The notes under the pieces are model-generated. The model searched no databases. It had not been told where the DNA came from and saw only the letters and a program-made list of their open reading frames with translations. From positions 17,983 to 81,982 of the forward strand of contig CAZHDO010000003.1 in NCBI GenBank assembly GCA_964531375.1: a DNA stretch of 64,000 bases, written 5' to 3'. Origin of the DNA: an uncultured Candidatus Saccharibacteria bacterium. GTDB taxonomy: Bacteria; Patescibacteriota; Minisyncoccia; Phycocordibacterales; UBA12445. Within the stretch, counting starts at the first letter, position 1. Each line of letters begins with the position of its first letter. The position numbers and the translations under genes were made by a program. Positions 57,039 to 64,000 of this stretch are shown one piece after another.

Positions 57039-59306
57039 TTATAGTTTTATGGTTTTTAATCTAAGTGAATTCAACACAACAGAAACACTAGAAAATGCCA
57101 TAGCAAAACCAGCAAAAGCAGGATTTAATAACCAACCAAACAGTGGGTAAAACAAACCACCAGCAAGCGGTATTCCAATTAAATTATAAAAGAATGCCCA
57201 AAAGAGATTCTGTCTTATAGTTCTCATTGTGAGCTTTGAAAGCTTAATAGATTTAACCAATTTTTCCATATCTCCATGCAAGATAGTTATTCCAGCTGAC
57301 TCTATGGCAATATCAGTTCCAGTACTCATCGCAATGCCGACATCTGCCTTAGCAAGCGCTGGTGCATCATTAATACCATCACCAACCATTGCGACACTCC
57401 TCCCCCTGCTCTGCAATCGTTCTATTTGCAAAAGCTTATCCTGCGGCATTAATTCAGCAACAACCTCGTCTATGCCAACCAACGACGCTATATATGATGC
57501 GGTATTTTTATCATCACCCGTCAGCATCACTACTTTTAATTTTAAATTATGTAAACTTTTTACTGCTTCAATAACTTCTGGCTTAATTTTATCAGCGACC
57601 ATCACAATTCCAACAACCACATTTTTGTCTGCTAAAATTATTGGGGTCTTGCCTTGAGTCGTCTCTTTTCTAATTTCTTCTTTGTCTAATTTTAAACCAA
57701 GCTCTTCTATAAATTTCACGTTACCTGCAAAATATTCAGTACCCGCAACTACCCCTTTTAACCCCCTGCCTTTTATTGCTTCAAAACTAGAAACTGCGTC
57801 AAAATTAATTTTTTTATCTTTTACATAATTCATTATTGCCACTGAAATTGGGTGTTCAGATTTATTCTCTAATGAAGCAAGTATTGAAATTATCTCTTCT
57901 TCTTTTTTGTTAGAATAATTTTTAATCGAGACAACCTCGGGCCTTCCTTTGGTTATTGTCCCTGTTTTATCCATAACAACCGTATCGATATTATGAAGTT
58001 TTTCCAAAGTAGTGGCGTCTTTAATTAAAATACCCTCCCTTGCTCCCTTTCCAACCCCAACAATAATTGCAGTTGGGGTTGCTAAACCGAGCGCACAAGG
58101 ACAAGCAATAACCAGAACACCAACAAACGAAGCTATACCATAAGAAATCGCACTAGAAAGGCCAAGATAAGAAGAACCGACACCAAACCACATTACCAAA
58201 GAAAAAGTAGCAATAGCGAGAACCACGGGAACAAAGACAGCTGATATCTTATCTGCAAGCTCCTGTATTGGCGCCTTACTACCTTGGGCCATTTCAACCA
58301 TCATTATTATTTGAGACAAAAGCGTCTCCTCTCCAATCTTAGTTGCCTTAAAAATAAATGTTCCATTCGTATTCATTGTTCCACCAGAGACAGAGTCGCC
58401 AATCTTTTTTTCAGAAGGAATTGGTTCCCCAGTCATCATTGACTCATCAACAAAAGAACCACCATCGACAACAACACCATCAACAGGAATTTTTGCTCCA
58501 GGTTTAATAATTATCAAATCCCCTCTTTTAACCTTGTCGATTGGCATTTCCACCCCTACCTCATTTTTTAAAACAAGAGCTGTTTTTGCTTGAAGATTCA
58601 ATAATTTTTCAATCGCATCACCTGTCTTTAGTTTCGATTTAGCTTCGAGATATTTTCCTAAATTTACAAAAGCAATAACGACAATTGTTATGTCAAAATA
58701 TGTATACTGAATATTAAAATAATTTTTTAAATAACTACCGAAAAGAATAATGAAAACACTATAAGTAAAGGCGGTAATAGTACCAATACCAATAAGTGTA
58801 TCCATGTTTGCTTTACCATATCTCAAGAAACGCAAAACTCCTTCAAAATATATTTTACCAGCAAATACGAGAGTAAAAGCAGACATGAGTGGTATAATTA
58901 CGTTCAATATATTAAATATATTAATTGGAATAGGTGTAATTAATCCCGAGATAGATAATGCATCCCAAAACATCGCAGAGATACAAAATATGGCAAGAGG
59001 TATTGTTACGTTAATCTTATTTTTCATTTCCGTAATTTCAGCTAACTTCTCTTCTTTTGACTGATTCAAACCGAGATGACCGGCGTGTTCTTCTGCTGTC
59101 ATAATTTTATAACCCAGTGGCTCTACTTTTTTAGATAAATATCCGTAATCTTTAACAGTATCATCAAAATCAACCTGAACGGTTTCAGTACCAAAATTCA
59201 CGCTTGCGGAAACTACTCCTTTAGTATTTTTTAAACTTTTTTCTATATTTGATGCACACGAAGCGCAATGCATTCCCTTTACCCTGAAAGTTTTTTTATT
59301 TGCCAT
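57039..59306 (-). CDS. copA: Copper-translocating P1B-type ATPase
   Basis: It has an HMA motif [12 protein letters not shown], a CPC transmembrane motif ([11 protein letters not shown]), DKTGTIT phosphorylation and GDGINDAP hinge motifs. Confidence 0.9.
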   Translation of the reverse strand: MANKKTFRVKGMHCASCASNIEKSLKNTKGVVSASVNFGTETVQVDFDDTVKDYGYLSKKVEPLGYKIMTAEEHAGHLGLNQSKEEKLAEITEMKNKINVTIPLAIFCISAMFWDALSISGLITPIPINIFNILNVIIPLMSAFTLVFAGKIYFEGVLRFLRYGKANMDTLIGIGTITAFTYSVFIILFGSYLKNYFNIQYTYFDITIVVIAFVNLGKYLEAKSKLKTGDAIEKLLNLQAKTALVLKNEVGVEMPIDKVKRGDLIIIKPGAKIPVDGVVVDGGSFVDESMMTGEPIPSEKKIGDSVSGGTMNTNGTFIFKATKIGEETLLSQIIMMVEMAQGSKAPIQELADKISAVFVPVVLAIATFSLVMWFGVGSSYLGLSSAISYGIASFVGVLVIACPCALGLATPTAIIVGVGKGAREGILIKDATTLEKLHNIDTVVMDKTGTITKGRPEVVSIKNYSNKKEEEIISILASLENKSEHPISVAIMNYVKDKKINFDAVSSFEAIKGRGLKGVVAGTEYFAGNVKFIEELGLKLDKEEIRKETTQGKTPIILADKNVVVGIVMVADKIKPEVIEAVKSLHNLKLKVVMLTGDDKNTASYIASLVGIDEVVAELMPQDKLLQIERLQSRGRSVAMVGDGINDAPALAKADVGIAMSTGTDIAIESAGITILHGDMEKLVKSIKLSKLTMRTIRQNLFWAFFYNLIGIPLAGGLFYPLFGWLLNPAFAGFAMAFSSVSVVLNSLRLKTIKL

Positions 59307-59308
59307 TT

Positions 59309-59569
59309 TTAATTAGATAAATTAAATATTTTTAATAATTCATCTATTGCCTTACTTTTGTTATCTGCAAATTGATGCACGGCACATGTATCAAGATGTC
59401 CTGCCAGTAGGTCGCGTTTTACTTTTTTTAAAAGACCTATAGCACTATCGACCTGTTGGATTATCTCTGGACAATATCTATCATCCTCTATCATTTTTGT
59501 AACTTTATTTATTGTCCCCAGTGACTGCTTAATACACTTTAAAGTTTTAGCATTGTTTATTTCTTTCAT
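59309..59569 (-). CDS. csoR: CsoR/RcnR-family metal-sensing transcriptional repressor
   Basis: 86 aa with a conserved Cys...His...Cys ligand pattern (YCPEI...HLDTCAV), located directly upstream of copA. Confidence 0.7.
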   Translation of the reverse strand: MKEINNAKTLKCIKQSLGTINKVTKMIEDDRYCPEIIQQVDSAIGLLKKVKRDLLAGHLDTCAVHQFADNKSKAIDELLKIFNLSN

Positions 59570-59688
59570 AATGTTTAATATTAGCTACTTAGTATAACCT
59601 ATATCATAGGTTATAGGTTACAATTTTGCAACATATTCACACACAGACATGTTATAATAGTAAACTAAATATATAAAATTATAAATCA

Positions 59689-60183
59689 ATGCTAACAGAC
59701 TTTTTTTCTAAAGAAATAATTGTATTTTTACTAGGAGCAGCGCCGGTGTCTGAGGTTAGAGGAGCAATACCAGTAGGAATGCTTGTTTTTGGTTTTCCTG
59801 TATTAAAAACCTATATATTGGCAACGCTAGGAAACATAACTCCTGTTATCCCCCTACTACTCTTTCTTGATAGATTTTCTAAATACCTAATGAAAAAATC
59901 ACTCTTGCTGAATAATTTTTTTAATTGGTTATTTGAAAGAACAAGGGTGAAACATAGTGGTCATTTTGATAAATGGAAATACGCACCATTGGCCTTATTT
60001 ATCTTTGTGGCCATACCTGTTCCTCTTACAGGAGCATGGAGCGGTGTAATTGCTGCAATTATTTTTGGTATACCATTTTTTGAAGCGGCAGTATCAATAT
60101 CCTTAGGGGTCGCTGTGGCGGGTGTCCTTGTTGTGCTTTTAACAAGCCTTGGAATACTAACGGCGAGTCAGTTTATGCTTTAA
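59689..60183 (+). CDS. Small polytopic membrane protein (putative small multidrug-export-like family)
   Basis: 164 aa with 4 TM helices. Confidence 0.35.
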   Translation: MLTDFFSKEIIVFLLGAAPVSEVRGAIPVGMLVFGFPVLKTYILATLGNITPVIPLLLFLDRFSKYLMKKSLLLNNFFNWLFERTRVKHSGHFDKWKYAPLALFIFVAIPVPLTGAWSGVIAAIIFGIPFFEAAVSISLGVAVAGVLVVLLTSLGILTASQFML

Positions 60184-60382
60184 TTTTATAAAAAAAAACC
60201 ACCGCTTAAATTAAGTGGTGGTTTTTATAATTTTACTTAGCTTTCTTCTTTGGCTTCTTTGTCTCTTTTTTTCGAGAATCGTTTCCTTTTGCCATTTTAT
60301 TTTCTCAATTAATTTTTAATAAGATAATTATATCATAATAATTTTTTCACAAAATAAATTACTGTGGATAATTATCCAAACC

Positions 60383-60949
60383 TTACTTCAGAAATATTAT
60401 TTTATTATCTCTTAGTTCGCTTCTTAGCTTTTTGTAATCAGGAATCGCCATCGACACCAGATTCCAAAAACGAACAGAATGGTTAAATTCGCCTAGATGG
60501 CAAATCTCGTGAACAATAATATAATCAAATAAATTTGGCTTTAAATAAATTACTTTATAGTTGAAATTCAAATTACCGACCTTTGAACAACTACCCCATC
60601 TTGTTTTTTGATTTTTAATTGTTATTTTGCCGATACTGTAGCCATAGAGTTTGTTGAAAAAATCTATTCTGTCTTTAACTTTTTTTAAAATCTCAACCTT
60701 GCGGTCAATATAGTCTTTTTTATTTATTTTAATTACAACCCTATTTGAAAACTTTTTAAAATAGTTTAATTTTTTAAAAACCCAGTTAGTCTTCTCCTTT
60801 ATAAAGTTATTGACTATGTTTAAATTAGTATTTTGAGGCGCAGTAACAATAAACTTGCCATCAAAATGTATGGCAAGTTTTATTCCTCGAATTATTTTAC
60901 TTACCTTAAGTTCGTATTGAACCTTTTCACCACGGAGATCTACCTCCAC
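60383..60949 (-). CDS. YgjP-like zinc metallohydrolase (DUF45/M48-like)
   Basis: It has an HEICHLGEFNHSVRFW motif of the HExxH...NHs.rFW type. Confidence 0.65.
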   Translation of the reverse strand: MEVDLRGEKVQYELKVSKIIRGIKLAIHFDGKFIVTAPQNTNLNIVNNFIKEKTNWVFKKLNYFKKFSNRVVIKINKKDYIDRKVEILKKVKDRIDFFNKLYGYSIGKITIKNQKTRWGSCSKVGNLNFNYKVIYLKPNLFDYIIVHEICHLGEFNHSVRFWNLVSMAIPDYKKLRSELRDNKIIFLK

Positions 60950-60960
60950 AACATTTTAAA

Positions 60961-61251
60961 TTATTTATTTATTTCTCCTTTCTTACACTCACCTCTGTAA
61001 AATGCCCATTCTTCACAGTAGCTATTGTCAGAAAAGAAACAAAGTCCTGTCGCATTACCTTTCTCATCTGAGACAAATTCTGGTCGTCCTGCGTGCTCAG
61101 TGCAAAATACAGTTGCTGGATTAGACAAACTCTCTGTTTTTATATTTTTATCCGCTATTGGAACGCCTGTCGTATAATAAAAAATTACCTTAAGAGCAAG
61201 CAGACCCACAACAACTAGTGCACTGATATTCATTAAGTCCTCTTTTTTCAT
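60961..61251 (-). CDS. DUF333-family secreted protein (putative hemolysin-like)
   Basis: It has a signal peptide and a Cys-rich C-terminus GLCFFSDNSYCEEWAFYRGEC. Confidence 0.5.
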   Translation of the reverse strand: MKKEDLMNISALVVVGLLALKVIFYYTTGVPIADKNIKTESLSNPATVFCTEHAGRPEFVSDEKGNATGLCFFSDNSYCEEWAFYRGECKKGEINK

Positions 61252-61327
61252 CTGATTAACAAATTATTTAATAATTTATATGTATCTATATTATACATTA
61301 TTCAAATCAAAATTAAAAAGAAATATT

Positions 61328-62248
61328 TTATAATTTCTTTGGGAAAATTATTGACCCAACAAGAGAAGCGACCAGCGCTAAAATTATTACCAAAAATGAC
61401 ATAACGGAAGATATCTGAACCCCAACAATCCCAATGAGCATCTTGGCACCGATAAACACAAGAATAAACGATAACCCCTTTTGAAGATGATGAAATTTAT
61501 GCATAACATTTTCTATAAGGAAAAACAAAGCACGCAAACCCATTACAGCAAAAATATTTGAAGTAAATAAAATAAAAGGATTCTGAGTTATTGCAAAAGC
61601 GGCAGGAATAGAATCAACTGCAAATATAATATCTGTGGTCTCAACAAGAAGCACGATCATAAACAACATCGTAAAACACCACCGTCCACCCTCTTTAATC
61701 ATAAACTTTCCACCGTGATAACTACCTGTAAATGGTAAATATTTTTGCGCAAGCTTAAGAACTTTATTCTCATGAAAATTTACGTGCTCTTCTTTTTTGT
61801 CTTCGAATAATTTAATTCCTGTGTATATTAATATTGATCCAAAAATATAAAGCACCCAATGGAACTGACTAACAACAAAAGATCCTGCGGTTATAAATAT
61901 GGCTCGAAACACAATCGCGCCCAATATGCCCCAAAACAAAACTTTATGATGATACTGCTCTTCTAATTTAAAGAAATTAAACAAAAGCAAGATAACAAAT
62001 AGATTATCAACTGAAAGCATTTTTTCTGTAACATAGGCACTAAGAAACTGGGTTGCAGAGTCCTGTCCCATATAAAGAAAAATCAAAAAAGAAAAAGCAA
62101 CAGAAATCGCAACCCAAAACAAGGACTGGTATATTGCCTCTTTTGCCCCCACCTTATGAGCCTTACGACTAAAAAAACCAAGATCAGCAATTAAAAAAGC
62201 CGCAATAATAAAACAAAAAAGAACAAACAATGAATTCTGTATTTCCAT
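61328..62248 (-). CDS. TerC-family integral membrane protein
   Basis: 306 aa with 7-9 TM helices, and the TerC-like duplicated motifs FAVDSIPA and EKMLSVDNLF. Confidence 0.7.
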   Translation of the reverse strand: MEIQNSLFVLFCFIIAAFLIADLGFFSRKAHKVGAKEAIYQSLFWVAISVAFSFLIFLYMGQDSATQFLSAYVTEKMLSVDNLFVILLLFNFFKLEEQYHHKVLFWGILGAIVFRAIFITAGSFVVSQFHWVLYIFGSILIYTGIKLFEDKKEEHVNFHENKVLKLAQKYLPFTGSYHGGKFMIKEGGRWCFTMLFMIVLLVETTDIIFAVDSIPAAFAITQNPFILFTSNIFAVMGLRALFFLIENVMHKFHHLQKGLSFILVFIGAKMLIGIVGVQISSVMSFLVIILALVASLVGSIIFPKKL

Positions 62249-62260
62249 ATATTATTTTAT

Positions 62261-62620
62261 TTAATTATTTGGCTTGTTTATTAAATAACCGAGTAAAATC
62301 AGCGCTAAAATTATTGCAATAGAATTTCTGCCAAACCCACCATCTAGATATTGAATAATTAAAAAAACTGCGGCCAAAACAGATACAAAAAACAAAAACA
62401 CTAAAGAGGTTTTGGGTATATCATCTGATTTAATTTCCTGTTCAACAATAATTTCTATTTTTTTCCTTCTTGGTATTACAATATACAAAGAGGAAGAAAA
62501 AATAAGGAAATAAGAAAAATAAGCTAAATTAGTTCCGATTAATCTAACATTAAAAAAGTTTATATATACAGAAAATGCAATGGAAACAAATAATAATATT
62601 GAAGCTAACCAGTGTTTCAT
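62261..62620 (-). CDS. Hypothetical membrane protein (119 aa)
   Basis: 4 TM helices. Confidence 0.35.
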   Translation of the reverse strand: MKHWLASILLFVSIAFSVYINFFNVRLIGTNLAYFSYFLIFSSSLYIVIPRRKKIEIIVEQEIKSDDIPKTSLVFLFFVSVLAAVFLIIQYLDGGFGRNSIAIILALILLGYLINKPNN

Positions 62621-62714
62621 AAATATTTAATTAATTAACCTACCTTCATTTTAACCTTTTTATTCATCTTGTGTATAGTATATAATAATTAAACATAAAT
62701 TAATTGAAAAAAAT

Positions 62715-63677
62715 ATGAATGCAATTGAAATTATAAATCTGACAAAAAAATTTGATGACCTTGTGGCTGTTGATGGTATTAACCTCACTATTAATAAGGG
62801 AGAAATATTTGGATTACTAGGTCCCAATGGCGCCGGAAAGACAACTACACTCATGATTCTGTCTACACTACTCAAGCCGACGTCAGGTGACGCTACTGTA
62901 AATAATTTCAGCGTACTTGGAGATTCTTCAAAGGTTAGAAGTTCGATTGGTATTGTTTTCCAAGACCCAAGCTCTGATGATACTTTAACTGGTTATGAAA
63001 ATCTAAAACTCCACGCCCTACTGTATGACCTACCAATGAAAGCAATAGACGAAAAAATAGACGCGGTACTTGACCTTGTTGATATGAAAGACAGAAAAAA
63101 TGACGTTGTTAAAAACTATTCAGGAGGAATGAGGAGAAGAATGGAAATAGCTAGAGGTTTACTACATGAGCCAGAAATTCTTTTCTTAGATGAACCAACG
63201 CTAGGCCTAGACCCACAAACAAGAGCTAAAATATGGCAATATATTGAAGCCTTAGCAAAAAAGAAGAAAATGACAATAATTCTGACCACACACTATATGG
63301 AAGAAGCAGATAAACTATGCAACAGAATTGCAATTATTGACCATGGAAAAATAGTGGCGCTCGATACACCGGCAAATCTTAAGCAAAAAATCGGCGGAGA
63401 TGTTGTTACACTTTCGGGAAAAAATTTAAATATAGATGAATTATCAAAACTTCTGTTTGTGAAGCATATTGAAAAAATAGATGGTCACTATAGATTTTCT
63501 ATTGAAAACTACAGAAAAAATCTTCAAAAATTATTATTGGTCGCTGGCGAAATTGACTCCGTAGAAGCGCGATCCCCAGACCTAAACGATGTTTTTTTAC
63601 ACTATACAGGAAAAGAAATACGTGAAAGTTCAACCAGCCCCGTCGAGCGTCTTAGAATTATAAATAAGGTAAAATAA
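62715..63677 (+). CDS. ABC transporter ATP-binding protein (DrrA/ABC-2 exporter type)
   Basis: It has a Walker A motif GPNGAGKTT, a signature motif LSGGMRRRMEIARGL and a Walker B motif ILFLDEPTLGLD. Confidence 0.85.
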   Translation: MNAIEIINLTKKFDDLVAVDGINLTINKGEIFGLLGPNGAGKTTTLMILSTLLKPTSGDATVNNFSVLGDSSKVRSSIGIVFQDPSSDDTLTGYENLKLHALLYDLPMKAIDEKIDAVLDLVDMKDRKNDVVKNYSGGMRRRMEIARGLLHEPEILFLDEPTLGLDPQTRAKIWQYIEALAKKKKMTIILTTHYMEEADKLCNRIAIIDHGKIVALDTPANLKQKIGGDVVTLSGKNLNIDELSKLLFVKHIEKIDGHYRFSIENYRKNLQKLLLVAGEIDSVEARSPDLNDVFLHYTGKEIRESSTSPVERLRIINKVK

Positions 63678-63681
63678 TAAA

Positions 63682-64000
63682 ATGAACATTCAGAAAAACC
63701 TAAAAGGAATATATGCATTGTGGTATCGAGAAGTAAAAGTATTCCTTCGCGAAACAAGTAGAATCATATCATCAATCTTTATGCCATTAATATGGTTCTT
63801 TGTTTTTGGTGAAGGCATTGGACAAATATCAAATGTAAATGGCAATTACCAACACTTCATCTTTCCCGGTTTCCTGGTAATGACCATAATCTTCAACGCC
63901 ATATTTAACGGTGCCTATTTGGTTTGGGATAAGAAAATAGACTTCCTTAAAGAAGTTTTGGTTGCACCACTATCAAGAACCACAATTTTTATTGGCAAGG
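63682..64000 (+). CDS. ABC-2 type transporter permease (partial; it continues past the window end)
   Basis: The ATG at 63682 begins MNIQKNLKGIYALWYREVKVFLRETSRI, a typical ABC-2 permease N-terminus. It is coupled to the upstream ATPase. Confidence 0.7.
   Translation, partial: MNIQKNLKGIYALWYREVKVFLRETSRIISSIFMPLIWFFVFGEGIGQISNVNGNYQHFIFPGFLVMTIIFNAIFNGAYLVWDKKIDFLKEVLVAPLSRTTIFIGK

Overview
This is a low-GC (roughly one-third GC) bacterial chromosomal segment that uses the standard genetic code and has compact, mostly minus-strand genes. The gene repertoire and small gene sizes suggest a CPR/Patescibacteria-like organism, but that is inference only. (1) Positions 1 to about 22.3 kb are conserved core: dnaK (partial), grpE, a reduced dcw cluster (mraZ-rsmH-ftsL-ftsI-murF), lysS, greA, mrdA-(mreD?)-mreC-mreB, proS, rseP, frr, a second mreB paralog, murA, two GC-rich plus-strand lipoprotein genes with intrinsic terminators, and ychF. 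(2) About 22.1 to 48.7 kb is an accessory, integrated-element-like region. It opens with a frameshifted large serine recombinase abutting ychF. A phage/plasmid-type replication module follows (initiator-like protein plus a DnaC/IstB-like ATPase), then a degenerate resolvase-like protein and a mini PolX-like nucleotidyltransferase. Next comes a 15-kb block of 13 co-directional genes, 27370-42420, with no intergenic gap above 60 nt. This block contains an ABC-ATPase three-gene module (ABC-3C-like), an SNF2 helicase, a small TM protein, a Type III R-M Mod+Res pair, a TM/coiled-coil protein, a DUF2779-like PD-(D/E)xK/Fe-S/DEDD nuclease, and two unknowns. It is the strongest candidate for a novel composite defence system in the window. 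After it come SDH/ClpP-like and SppA proteases, small unknown genes, a SymE-like mini-ORF, and a roughly 0.9-kb ORF-free AT-rich region with clustered TTCTTCTAG repeats. (3) About 49.2 to 64 kb is core/housekeeping: H+-pyrophosphatase, a 2-hydroxyacid dehydrogenase, enolase, a minimal pyruvate kinase, a copper cluster (csoR-copA-HMA membrane protein-cupredoxin-like), YgjP, TerC and an ABC exporter. No rRNA, tRNA or CRISPR array could be supported from the sequence.
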